64,000 bases of DNA from Spirochaetota bacterium (GTDB lineage Bacteria; Spirochaetota; UBA4802; UBA5550), in assembly GCA_963663865.1 (NCBI GenBank), contig OY760686.1, forward strand, positions 1,632,001 to 1,696,000, read 5' to 3'. The notes beneath the pieces were generated by a model. That model saw only the letters and a program-made list of their open reading frames with translations, was not told where the DNA came from and did no database searches. The position numbers and the translations under genes were made by a program. Positions 9,222-20,542 of the stretch are shown here, piece after piece. Every line of letters starts with the position of its first letter. Position 1 is the stretch's first letter.

Positions 9222-10928
9222 TTAGTAAACCTCAAATTCGTAAAGCGAGAAGCCGTACGATGTTGCTCTTGTGATGCCGTACATTCTTACATAGCGTGCC
9301 GTTATCGCTGTGAACGATATTTCATCGGTTCCTCCATTACCGTTTGTGACGTTTGCGACGTCTGTCCAGTTATAGGCGTTGGATGAAGTCTGAATCTTGT
9401 ATGCGTAACCGTAGGCTGCTTCCCATTTAAGAATTACCTTACTAACGCTTACCGCAGAACCAAGATCAACGTAGATGTACTGATTGTTGCTGAATGATGA
9501 GGACCACCTTGTAGTGGTGCTGCCGTCAACAGCAGCTGATGCCGGGTAACTTGAGCTTTCAGTCGACGAAGCAGCAGCTGTTTTACCGAGAGCGAGGTTC
9601 CCGCTAACATCGTCATCATCATCGTCATCGTCGCCTGAAGATGGTCCGTAGACCTCAAACTCGTAGAGCGAGAATCCGTATGATGTGGCACGAGTAATAC
9701 CGTACATTCTTACATAGCGTGCCGTTACAGCTGTGAACGATATTTCATCGGTTCCGCCATTGCCGTTTGTGACGTTTGCGACGTCTGTCCAGTTATAGGC
9801 ATCGGATGATGACTGAATCTTGTATGCGGAACCGTAGGCCGCTTCCCATTTTAGAATTACCTTGCTAACGCTTACCGCAGAACCAAGATCAACGTAGATG
9901 TACTGATTGTTGCTGAATGATGAGGACCACCTTGTAGTGGTGCTGCCGTCAACAGCAGCTGATGCCGGGTAATTAGAGTTTTCAGTCGACGAAGCAGTGG
10001 CTGTTTTACCGAGGGCGAGGTTGCCGGTAACATCGTCATCATCGTCGTCATCGTCATCTCCGTCACCTGGAATGGTGAAATTGTCTGTCGCGAACTGCAG
10101 CGCTTTGGGAAGGCATACTTTCCAGAAGTCCCATGTATGAGATCCGGAACGGGTAATGTACTCATGAGCTACATTGTACTGGTTAAGAGTTGAGTGGAAT
10201 GATGTGTTCATGGAAATAACAACGGAATCCTCTGTGCCGCACTCCATTGTGAAAGGCGGCAGTGAAGCTCTGACCGCGGCGGAGTATCCGCTTATCAACG
10301 AGGATAGACTCGGAGCGCCACCTACGGTAAAAGCACCGCTCATGGCATATCCTGAGCTGTACTGCTCATAGTGTTTAAAAAGATGAAGAGCTGTTCCGTA
10401 ACCGCCCATGGAAAGTCCAGCTATTGCACGAGTTTCCTTTGTTCCGTATGTTCGATAGTTTGAATCAATGTATGGAACAAGCTCCTGTGAAAGGAAGGTT
10501 TCGTAATTCATTCCAGAAGTGTAACCATTGCAGTAGAATGCAGTATAACCGTTAGGCATGACTATGATCATTTCTGCCGCGTTGCCGTTCGATATGGCCG
10601 TGTCGGTAATGGTTTTCATGCTTCCGCTGGTCGCCCACGCCGTATGATCATCGCCATAACCATGAAGCAGGAACATGACGGGATACTTTTTCGTAGTGCT
10701 GCTGCTGTATGAAGGCGGAAGATATATGTTGTACTGCACGCTTCTTCCAAGAACGCTGCTTGAAATGCTTTGAGTTGTTACGGAGCTGCTTCCGGTGACC
10801 GCAAGTGCAGCGTCGTTAAAACCATCAGGATAATTGGATGATACGGCGGCGTCATTGCCGCAGCCTGTAAGAACCGCTGTTATAAACAGAGCGAGAAGGC
10901 CCATAGAGAGAGTTAAGACTTTTTTCAT
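9222..10928 (-). CDS. Lipoprotein: CE1-like alpha/beta esterase plus two F5/8 type C (CBM32/discoidin) domains
   Basis: Lipobox LTGC, YPVMFLLHG, GLSMGG nucleophile, H.WDFW; two NLALGK...AVDG..TTRWSS...YEFEVY domains with poly-Asp linkers. Confidence 0.88.
   Translation of the reverse strand: MKKVLTLSMGLLALFITAVLTGCGNDAAVSSNYPDGFNDAALAVTGSSSVTTQSISSSVLGRSVQYNIYLPPSYSSSTTKKYPVMFLLHGYGDDHTAWATSGSMKTITDTAISNGNAAEMIIVMPNGYTAFYCNGYTSGMNYETFLSQELVPYIDSNYRTYGTKETRAIAGLSMGGYGTALHLFKHYEQYSSGYAMSGAFTVGGAPSLSSLISGYSAAVRASLPPFTMECGTEDSVVISMNTSFHSTLNQYNVAHEYITRSGSHTWDFWKVCLPKALQFATDNFTIPGDGDDDDDDDDDVTGNLALGKTATASSTENSNYPASAAVDGSTTTRWSSSFSNNQYIYVDLGSAVSVSKVILKWEAAYGSAYKIQSSSDAYNWTDVANVTNGNGGTDEISFTAVTARYVRMYGITRATSYGFSLYEFEVYGPSSGDDDDDDDDVSGNLALGKTAAASSTESSSYPASAAVDGSTTTRWSSSFSNNQYIYVDLGSAVSVSKVILKWEAAYGYAYKIQTSSNAYNWTDVANVTNGNGGTDEISFTAITARYVRMYGITRATSYGFSLYEFEVY
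9225..10055. repeat. Intragenic tandem duplication, 423-bp period (CBM32 plus Asp linker)
   Basis: 9478 and 9901 both begin TACTGATTGTTGCTGAATGATGAGGACCACCTTGTAGTGGTGCTGCCGTCAAC. Confidence 0.9.
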
Positions 10929-11367
10929 GACATAATACTCCTTTGACCTGTTGATGTGAAATCATTTCCTGAAAGGAAACTTTGGAAAATGTCCCGGGAT
11001 GCATTGATGGTATGAATTAATGAGAAAGAGTCTAATAAGAAGTTGATGTATCAAAAAAAAGTAATTCGTAATTAGTGATATCAAATAAAGACTAAAACTG
11101 TTTTTTTGCAGGAGAACAGGCAGATTTTCCTCGCCGAAGAAATCTAAGATTTTATTGATAATCAGTTTAAGCCTGTCGAAAATGCGAGGTTTTTTCTTGA
11201 CTTAAAGCGATCTTGCTGGATTCAGTTCTATTTGAGTAGCAGCATACGAGCAGATAATATGCTGTAATGAAACTCAAACCGCTTTACATGTAAAAATTGC
11301 TTGAAAAATGCTGAATTTGTAATAGAGAAAGGTAATCCTTTTAAGTAATATAAATGTACAGGAGTAA

Positions 11368-13058
<1,691 letters not shown>

Positions 13059-13084
<26 letters not shown>

Positions 13085-13694
13085 TATGAAAGTCTCCGCT
13101 GAAGATATGGAGGCTGTAAGATTCCAGCTTGATGGACAGCATCCTGCAATCCTCGCGGTGGTGAAAAGGTGTGTTTATGGATTTCCCTCAGTTGTCCTTC
13201 TCGATCCGGTGCCGAAAAAGGTTGATAAGAAGGAAAATAATTTCAAATATACCTCTATAGCAACGCCTTTATGGTTGACATGTCCTCATCTTAATGATAA
13301 AATCCACAAAATAGAGTCTATGGGCTATATAAAAAGGATCACTGATTTTCTGGCAAATGATGCCGAAATGATGCGGTTGATGAAGGAAGCCCATACCGCT
13401 TATGCCTTTTTGAGATTGATGATTTTTAAAGAGTATTTTGAAGATCTTCTGTTTATTGACCGTAACAACAGGGTTTTCAGCAGCGGGATCGGCGGCATTG
13501 CAGACGTGAGGCATTTGAAATGTCTCCACCTTCACTATGCTCATTTCGCAGTTGAGAAGGGCAATGTTATAGGGCGGTTTGTTGCTATCCTTGTTGGAGA
13601 TGATGATCACTGTAAAGGGGTGAGATGTTCAGATGCAGGCGGGGGTAAAAGAGATATTGCCGATCAAGAGGATTCGGAAGGACGGATCACTTGA
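13059..13694 (+). CDS. DUF501 family protein
   Basis: RCVYGFP, TPLWLTCPHL, GIGG, KCLHLHYAH; eno-divIC-DUF501 order. Confidence 0.8.
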
Positions 13695-14268
13695 CTCGGA
13701 AACGGTGTTAAGAATTGCTTCGATTCTGAGGGGCGGAAATCTTGTTGCAATGCCGGTTGATTCAGTTTTCGGGCTTATATGTATATGCTGCTCTGAAACT
13801 GAACGCCTCATGGATAGCCTCTTTGCAGAGAGAGACGAGGATGTCGTAAGGATGGTGTCCTCTTACAGGATGTTGTACGATATTGCTGAGATTGACAAGG
13901 CTGAGTATGACTTTCTCAGAAGGGTGTGGCCCGGCGAGGTGATCGTCAGGCTAAGGAAAAAGAACAATCCCGGTTCAGGTTCAACCATTCCAGTGCGTTT
14001 CCCCCGGAACAAGTTCGTTCAGGACATTATTGCTGAAACAGAAAGGCCTCTCCTGTTTGGGTCGACATTGAAGTTCAGGAAAAAAAGGCCTTTTAAGAGG
14101 ACGGATGTTTTTGATAAGTATCATAAAGCCGATCTTATAGTGTGCATTGAGGAATTTTTAAAAAAGCACCCATTCCCTACCGTCGTTGACGTTTCCGGAG
14201 GGGACCTTGATATTCTCTCTGAGGGGAGGATATCGGCCGAAGAAATCAAATCGCTATATTTCCTCTGA
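13633..14268 (+). CDS. Divergent Sua5/YrdC/YciO family protein
   Basis: LRGGNLVAMPVDSVFGL, WPGEV, VRFP, PTVVD, EGRI. Confidence 0.7.
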   Translation: MQAGVKEILPIKRIRKDGSLDSETVLRIASILRGGNLVAMPVDSVFGLICICCSETERLMDSLFAERDEDVVRMVSSYRMLYDIAEIDKAEYDFLRRVWPGEVIVRLRKKNNPGSGSTIPVRFPRNKFVQDIIAETERPLLFGSTLKFRKKRPFKRTDVFDKYHKADLIVCIEEFLKKHPFPTVVDVSGGDLDILSEGRISAEEIKSLYFL

Positions 14269-14383
14269 TTATTATCCCCATGGATTTTTCTCTTTGATTT
14301 TAAACCGCTCCTTTTTAAAATGAACCGCATGAACTGGTTGCAGTTTTGCTTGCTATTATTTATCATCCGGATGTAATGCTCAT

Positions 14384-16039
14384 ATGTTGATATCACTGAC
14401 AAAAGTACTGTTCAGGGGTGTCCTGCTGACCGCAGTAACCCTTTCTCCGATATCAGGACGGGAGCCTGTTGAGAAAAACATTCTTCATTCAATTCACTTT
14501 GATATCTACTATCCTCAGGGATTTGAAAGGATGGCGGCCGTTGCTGCCGAAGAGCTTGAGGCTGCCTATGAAGAGGCGGCAGGGTACGCGGGTTTACAGA
14601 TCAGCCGCCCTGTCAGGGTAGTGTTTAGTACACAGCTGACAACCGGCACAGACTGGATGAGAAGCGGCAGCCATAGACTCAAATTTGCTCTGATGAGCCC
14701 CGGGAGCAGGTTTACTGTTGCCGCGCGAGAGGCTCTGCTGAGCCAGGTTCTTATGGAGGCAGAATCCTTCGGAACAGGTTTTTTAGGCTTTTTGCCGGAT
14801 ATTGGCGAAGCGGACAGACTTGTGACACGCGGTGCGCAAATGTATTTCTCTGGTGACTATGCCACTCATGGAGCTGCTTTCGCCTCTGTCGCTTTCAAGG
14901 GGACTAAGACCGGTGATATGATAACCGCTCTCCTGAGAGGAGACGACATTAACAGCCATCAGGATGTGAGCCTTGCCGCTTCATTTTTTTACTTTTTGGA
15001 TAAAGAGTATCCACTTCTTTCCATATCAAGGCTTTTCCATGCAGCGGCATCGGGTCGCGGCTTTTTAGCCGCCGCAGAGATGCTGACAGGCAACAGCAGC
15101 GCGGAGCTTTCAAAACGGTGGTCTGCGTTCATGGAGAAAGAGTATTGTTCGCCTGAGAATGCGGACTTAATCGGAAACAGCATGATTGTCCCCGGGGCAG
15201 CGCCGGGGGAGCTTCCAGTATTATCCCCGGATAAAAATAAGGCCGCCATTTGCCGTATGCGATCAGTTATACTCTTTGATTCCTTCGGTGTTCAGGCTGT
15301 GGGCCTGTCCGTGCCGATCAGCTGTATCTTCGAGAAGCGATCCAGACCGGCATGGAGCTCTGACGGGAGGCTGTTTGCTTTGTCTGCTCAATCGGAGGGC
15401 AGGGCGTGCCTCGCGGTTATCGATAGCGTAAAGGCTGAGGTAAGCCGTTTGATAAAGCTGCCTCTGCTCGCTGTAAGTTCGGTTTCCTTTGCTCCCGGCG
15501 GCAAAAGTATAGCTTTCGCGGGTCATGGTCCCGGCAATGTCAATATATTCACTTGTGATATTGACGGGGGCTCTGCAAGGATGCTTACTTCCGGCAATTA
15601 TGCGTGCACCTCTCCAGTCTTTACTCCTGACGGCGACATTATCTATATATCGCGAAAGGACCGCGGCTCGCCGGAAGTTCTGATGCGTCTCCGCATGAAA
15701 ACCGGGCAGAGCGAAGAGCTTTTTAGTGTTTCAGGGGCAAATGATCTGGCTGTAAGCCCTGACGGAACTCTGCTTGCTGTGAGTATATCAGGTGCTGACG
15801 GAGACGGTCTCATGCTGATAAATCCTGATTCAGGGTATTTCGCTTCGGTGAGGCTGCCGGCACTGTGTGTTAAAACCCTGACCGGGCTTTTTGATGAGGA
15901 ATTCGCTGTCGCATATGTCGAAGGGCGGCACTGGTCAGTAAGGTTGGTATCAATCCCTGAATTAAATATGAAATATGTATCTCCCATGGTAAACGACGCG
16001 GCGGATAAGGCTTCCGATCTGCAGATATACTTCGAATGA
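14384..16039 (+). CDS. Secreted protein with peptidase-MA-like N-terminus and TolB/PD40 beta-propeller
   Basis: HFDIYYP near the N-terminus; repeated SPD/WSSDG/FAPGG/FTPDG/SPDG motifs. Confidence 0.6.
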   Translation: MLISLTKVLFRGVLLTAVTLSPISGREPVEKNILHSIHFDIYYPQGFERMAAVAAEELEAAYEEAAGYAGLQISRPVRVVFSTQLTTGTDWMRSGSHRLKFALMSPGSRFTVAAREALLSQVLMEAESFGTGFLGFLPDIGEADRLVTRGAQMYFSGDYATHGAAFASVAFKGTKTGDMITALLRGDDINSHQDVSLAASFFYFLDKEYPLLSISRLFHAAASGRGFLAAAEMLTGNSSAELSKRWSAFMEKEYCSPENADLIGNSMIVPGAAPGELPVLSPDKNKAAICRMRSVILFDSFGVQAVGLSVPISCIFEKRSRPAWSSDGRLFALSAQSEGRACLAVIDSVKAEVSRLIKLPLLAVSSVSFAPGGKSIAFAGHGPGNVNIFTCDIDGGSARMLTSGNYACTSPVFTPDGDIIYISRKDRGSPEVLMRLRMKTGQSEELFSVSGANDLAVSPDGTLLAVSISGADGDGLMLINPDSGYFASVRLPALCVKTLTGLFDEEFAVAYVEGRHWSVRLVSIPELNMKYVSPMVNDAADKASDLQIYFE

Positions 16040-16188
16040 TTCGCTGATTTACGGCTTCTGCGGATGCGTGATTTATTTTAGCATGATTTGGGCCGATACT
16101 GTATAGATCGAATAAAAATATGCTTGAAAATTGGTATGCCGGTTAAGGATATAGTTCCATGAAGCCGCCGTACAGCAGGAAGGTCGCG

Positions 16189-16779
16189 ATGAATAAATCC
16201 GAGATTAAAAGAACCACAAAAGAGACTGATATCAGCGCTTCTTTGGAGCTTAATTCGCTTGAGCGGGCTGAGGTTGATACAGGGGTTCCCTTTTTTGACC
16301 ACATGCTGATGTCCATGGCAAGGCATGGCAGATTCTGTCTGAAGATCAAGTGTTCGGGCGACTACGAGGTTGACGACCACCACACTGTAGAAGACGCCGG
16401 AATTTGCATAGGCCGTGTTCTCAAGGAAAGCCTTGGCGACAAGGCAGGAATACACAGATTTGGTGAAGCCCTTATCCCTATGGATGACGCCCTTGTGATG
16501 GCTGCTGTCGATCTGTCCGGACGATACTTTCTGGATATTTCGGGCGCGGACTTTAGCGGATATGTCGGCCGCTACAGTGAGGAGCTGACGCTGGAGTTTT
16601 TTCGCTCCCTTGCCGTTAACGCCGGGATTAATCTGCACATCAGGGTCCTCGCGGGAGCGAACAGACACCATATACACGAAGCAATATTCAAGGCGGCAGG
16701 GATAGCAATTTACAGGGCAGCCAGGCCGGATGATTTTCTTAACGGGCAGGTCCTCTCAACGAAGGGAACTATTGAATGA
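16189..16779 (+). CDS. hisB: Imidazoleglycerol-phosphate dehydratase
   Basis: RTTKETDI, FFDHML, DDHHTVED, NRHHIHEAIFKA. Confidence 0.97.
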   Translation: MNKSEIKRTTKETDISASLELNSLERAEVDTGVPFFDHMLMSMARHGRFCLKIKCSGDYEVDDHHTVEDAGICIGRVLKESLGDKAGIHRFGEALIPMDDALVMAAVDLSGRYFLDISGADFSGYVGRYSEELTLEFFRSLAVNAGINLHIRVLAGANRHHIHEAIFKAAGIAIYRAARPDDFLNGQVLSTKGTIE

Positions 16780-17381
16780 TTACAGTTATTGATTACGGGA
16801 TGGGCAATCTCCGTTCGGTTGTAAAAGCCGTCGAACTCTACACTGACAATGTGCAGGTCTCCGGATGTCCGTCACAGATAGAGCGCTCAAAGGCATTGAT
16901 TATGCCCGGTGACGGCGCTTTCGCGATGGCAATGAAAAACCTTAAGGAAATGGGGTGGATAGAGCCTCTTAAAGAGTTCGTTGCTTCGGGCGGTAATTTC
17001 CTTGGAATCTGCCTCGGATTTCAGCTGCTGTTTGAGTCGAGTGAGGAATTCGGAGACTGTGAGGGCCTTGGTATTATTCCAGGCAGGGTTAAAAGGTTTG
17101 CCGAGTCGGGGCTCAAGGTGCCGCATATGGGCTGGAATACGGTAAATTTCGCAAACAGCTCGCCTTTTCTTGATGGTGTGCCGGACAACAGCCATTTCTA
17201 CTTTATCCACTCCTTCCATCCTGTGGATGTTCCGCGTGAATGGGTTGTCGGAGAGGCGGAGTACGGGACGAAGTTTACATGCGTCGCGGGCAAGGGCAAT
17301 CTGCTGGCAACTCAGTTTCATCCTGAGAAAAGCCATTCAACCGGACTCAGAATTATTGAAAATTTTGTGAGGAAATCTTGA
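16776..17381 (+). CDS. hisH: Imidazole glycerol phosphate synthase glutaminase subunit
   Basis: IDYGMGNL, GICLG, VPHMGWN, QFHPEKS. Confidence 0.97.
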   Translation: MITVIDYGMGNLRSVVKAVELYTDNVQVSGCPSQIERSKALIMPGDGAFAMAMKNLKEMGWIEPLKEFVASGGNFLGICLGFQLLFESSEEFGDCEGLGIIPGRVKRFAESGLKVPHMGWNTVNFANSSPFLDGVPDNSHFYFIHSFHPVDVPREWVVGEAEYGTKFTCVAGKGNLLATQFHPEKSHSTGLRIIENFVRKS

Positions 17382-18097
17382 TTATAATACCTGCGATAGA
17401 CCTGAAGGGGGGGAAATGTGTCCGCCTGCTTCAGGGAGATCCCGATCGGGAAACAGTCTATTCGGACAGCCCGGCGGAGGTCGCGGCCGAGTTCCAGAGT
17501 AAGGGCGCGGGCCTTATCCATGTTGTCGACCTTGATGGAGCATTCGAAGGCCGTCCAGTTAACATTGACCTCATTAAAAGCATTGCTGAAAGAATTACTA
17601 TCCCTATTGAGGTCGGCGGTGGAATACGCACGGTCTCAACGGCCGGGGCCTATCTGAGCGCGGGTGTTGAGAGGATAATTGTCGGTTCCGCAATTTTTGA
17701 AGACAGCTTTGAAGACATGCTAAAGGAGTTTTCAGGAAGAATTGTTGCGGGGGTGGACGTCAGGGACGGCTTCGTAGCTACGAAGGGATGGAAAAATGTG
17801 ACATCGGTGAAGGATGAGGATCTTATTGAAAAGCTTATGGAAATGGGTGTAAAAGACATCATCTACACTGACATTTCAACTGACGGAATGCTGGGGGGGC
17901 CAAACATTGAGGCCTATGAGAGGCTGCTCAAGCGTTTTCCTGAAATCAGGCTCATCGCCTCGGGAGGCGTATCGAGTATTGATGATATACGCAGGCTCAA
18001 CAGCGTGAAATACGGCAGTCTCGCAGGGGTTATAACAGGCAAAGCTGTTTATGACGGACGGCTGGATATCGGTGAGGCTGTGAAGCTGGTTTCGTGA
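17378..18097 (+). CDS. hisA: ProFAR isomerase
   Basis: IPAIDLKGGKCVRL, HVVDLDGA, GGGIR, TDISTDGML, ASGGV. Confidence 0.97.
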   Translation: MIIIPAIDLKGGKCVRLLQGDPDRETVYSDSPAEVAAEFQSKGAGLIHVVDLDGAFEGRPVNIDLIKSIAERITIPIEVGGGIRTVSTAGAYLSAGVERIIVGSAIFEDSFEDMLKEFSGRIVAGVDVRDGFVATKGWKNVTSVKDEDLIEKLMEMGVKDIIYTDISTDGMLGGPNIEAYERLLKRFPEIRLIASGGVSSIDDIRRLNSVKYGSLAGVITGKAVYDGRLDIGEAVKLVS

Positions 18098-18098
18098 G

Positions 18099-19157
18099 AT
18101 GAACATAGACCGCGAATGGGATGAAAAAGTTGAATGGCCCGTAGAGATTGAGCAGTACGAGCGCAAGATCTACGACCTCAAACAGCTTATTGAGATAAGC
18201 AAGGGGTTGAATTCAACTCTTGAATACAACACGCTTATCGAATCAATACTTCTGACCTGTATGGGGCAGATGCAGCTTCTTAACGCGGGCATATTCATCA
18301 AGAAGGGAATCAGCTCGTCAGTACTCAAGCTTCACAGGAACTACAAGGGTTTTGAACCTGAGCATATCAAGGATTACTCGATAAAACGGGATTCATCGCT
18401 TATCCGATTTCTTGAAACATCAATGCGCTGTTTTACAATTGATGAGATTCTTTCAAAATCCTTCACTGACGGTTCCGACGAGATATTAAAGCGGCTTAAT
18501 CCGGATATTATTGTTCCTCTTTCAAGCAAGGGGCAAATAAATGGCATCATAGTGCTTGGGGACAGGATTGTGCCAAAGCCTTTTTCCGAGACCGAGAAGG
18601 AATACCTGCTTGATATAGCATCACTTGCAGGTATTGCCATAAACAACGCCGCGCTTTATGAAATGGCCACAACCGACATGATGACACGCCTGAAGATACG
18701 TCACTACTACCAGACTGTTCTTGAGGAGGAGTTCTCCAGGAGCAGAAGGCTTAAATGGCCGCTTTCTGTAATCTTTGCTGACGTTGACAGGTTTAAGCAG
18801 TTCAATGATGAACACGGACATGCCGCGGGAGATGACGTTCTTGTGAGAGTGGCCCGCGTTCTGGCGGATAACATAAGAACAAGTGATACTGCGGCACGCA
18901 TTGGCGGCGAGGAGTTCGCTGTTATTCTTCCAAAGACAGATATAATGGAATCGCTGATTGTCGCTGAAAGGATAAGAAGCTCAATCGAATCGGAAGAGAT
19001 TGAGTATAAAGAGGAAAAGCTTCGTGTTACAGTTTCAATTGGCCTCTCTCAGCTTGATCCGGACAACGACAATGATTACTCCGATATGACATCCAGGGCT
19101 GACCGAGCGCTGTATCTTTCGAAAAACGGCGGGCGCAACACAGTTTCGATGCTGTAA
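18099..19157 (+). CDS. GAF-GGDEF diguanylate cyclase (DgcA-like)
   Basis: GAF-like N-terminus; D.D.FK.FND..GH..GD, RTSD I-site, GGEEF. Confidence 0.9.
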   Translation: MNIDREWDEKVEWPVEIEQYERKIYDLKQLIEISKGLNSTLEYNTLIESILLTCMGQMQLLNAGIFIKKGISSSVLKLHRNYKGFEPEHIKDYSIKRDSSLIRFLETSMRCFTIDEILSKSFTDGSDEILKRLNPDIIVPLSSKGQINGIIVLGDRIVPKPFSETEKEYLLDIASLAGIAINNAALYEMATTDMMTRLKIRHYYQTVLEEEFSRSRRLKWPLSVIFADVDRFKQFNDEHGHAAGDDVLVRVARVLADNIRTSDTAARIGGEEFAVILPKTDIMESLIVAERIRSSIESEEIEYKEEKLRVTVSIGLSQLDPDNDNDYSDMTSRADRALYLSKNGGRNTVSML

Positions 19158-19321
19158 GTAAAGTGATACAGGACGTTTTTCAATAAAGGCCACCCCATTA
19201 TATTTGCCGTAAAAAGTATGTGCAGTATTAATTATGTCTCATTATTTTATCTGTGAGGGTGTATTTGAGCTTAATTTTGTTGACATATTTGGGCGATAGA
19301 TAATAAATGTCTTTGTCTTCG

Positions 19322-19395
19322 GGGCCCATAGCTCAGTCGGTTAGAGCGGCTGACTCATAATCAGTAGGTCCGGGGTTCGAGTCCCTGTGGGCCCA
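19322..19395 (+). tRNA. tRNA with CAT anticodon, most likely tRNA-Ile2 (lysidine); CCA not encoded
   Basis: GGGCCCA/TGGGCCC acceptor stem, TAGCTCAGTCGGTTAGAGC D arm, CTCATAA loop, GTTCGAGTC T loop; GACTCATAATC arm resembles Ile2. Confidence 0.92.
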
Positions 19396-19442
19396 AATAT
19401 TTCCGGAGTTTTTTCTCCGAGTAAAATATCAGGATGTGGAAA

Positions 19443-19757
19443 ATGTACGCAATTATTGAAGTAGCAGGCAAGCAGTATAAAGTTGAGAAGGATGCTGCTG
19501 TGTGCGTTGACAGGCTTGACAGAAAGGAAAACGAGAGCTTTGATATTGATAAAGTTATACTCTTTTCGGACGGCTCCGAGGTTAAAATCGGTCAGCCATA
19601 CCTTCAGAATGTGAAGGTCGTAGCGGAGTGCAAGGGAGAGGGAAAGACAAAGAAAGTACGCGGAATCAAGTTCAAAAAGAGAAAGAACTATGAGCGTACC
19701 CTCGGTCACAGAGAGTATTACACAAAGCTTTTCATAAAGGACTTTGTTGTAAGCTGA
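19443..19757 (+). CDS. rplU: 50S ribosomal protein L21
   Basis: MYAIIEVAGKQYKV, KKRKNY...GHR. Confidence 0.97.
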   Translation: MYAIIEVAGKQYKVEKDAAVCVDRLDRKENESFDIDKVILFSDGSEVKIGQPYLQNVKVVAECKGEGKTKKVRGIKFKKRKNYERTLGHREYYTKLFIKDFVVS

Positions 19758-19761
19758 GAGT

Positions 19762-20121
19762 GTGATCACTATATCCTTTACCAATCTCCGGTTAGTAGAT
19801 GGTCTTATGCTTCCGGTAGCCGGGTGTAAGAGTTTTCGGCTTGTTTTAAGCGGGCATTCTGGAAGAGGGGTTAAGGGAGACGATGTTGTCTGTGCCGCAG
19901 TTTCAGCGATCGCCCATACGGCCGTGGCATCAGCTGCGAAGTTCGGCGGTGTGAGGCACAGGGTAATTGAAAAGGATGGCCTGCTTGATGTGGAGTTTGA
20001 TGAATCGCTTGTCAACGGCAGCGGTTCGGGGTCAGCCCAACTTGCTTTGAATTTTTTATATACCGGGATTTTTGAGATTCAATCGAAGTACCCCGGGACA
20101 ATTGATTTGAAATTTGATTAA
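19762..20121 (+). CDS. prp: Ribosomal-processing cysteine protease Prp (YsxB family)
   Basis: SGHS...G.DVVCAAVS; lies between rplU and rpmA. Confidence 0.85.
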   Translation: MITISFTNLRLVDGLMLPVAGCKSFRLVLSGHSGRGVKGDDVVCAAVSAIAHTAVASAAKFGGVRHRVIEKDGLLDVEFDESLVNGSGSGSAQLALNFLYTGIFEIQSKYPGTIDLKFD

Positions 20122-20155
20122 ACCCGCTACAGCCGGGTCTTTGAAGGAGAGAGAA

Positions 20156-20419
20156 ATGGCACATAAGAAAGGCGGCGGATCGACCAGAAACGGCAGAGAT
20201 TCAAACGCTCAGCGGCTTGGAGTTAAACGTTTTGGCGGTGAGCTTGTAACTGGTGGAAGTATTATAGTTCGTCAGAGAGGAACAAAGATTCATCCCGGAA
20301 ACAATGTCGGCAAGGGCGGAGATGATACTCTTTTTGCTAAAGTTGACGGTGTTGTGACCTTTGAAAGATATGACAAAAAGAGAAAGAAGGTTTCTGTTTA
20401 TCCGGTTGCTGCTCAGTAA
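20156..20419 (+). CDS. rpmA: 50S ribosomal protein L27
   Basis: [16 protein letters not shown]; AAGGAG RBS upstream of ATG 20156. Confidence 0.98.
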   Translation: MAHKKGGGSTRNGRDSNAQRLGVKRFGGELVTGGSIIVRQRGTKIHPGNNVGKGGDDTLFAKVDGVVTFERYDKKRKKVSVYPVAAQ

Positions 20420-20456
20420 CAATCAGAAACAATCAGTATGTTTTATATAGTTAATG

Positions 20457-20490
20457 AATCGCGTAGGGGGTAGACCTGCGCGATTTTTTA
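20457..20490 (+). terminator. Intrinsic terminator after rpmA
   Basis: AATCGCGTAGG-loop-CCTGCGCGATT followed by T run. Confidence 0.7.
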
Positions 20491-20542
20491 TTTGTCCGAT
20501 TAGGCGGACGGCATTATAAGGAGTTTACAAAATCGGAGAAAT

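Noticed and set aside
19322-19395. tRNA as an integration site for an island
   Set aside because: Flanked by core genes; no integrase or duplicated tRNA 3' end noticed
19341-20015. 224-aa minus-strand ORF
   Set aside because: Antisense shadow of the tRNA, rplU and prp
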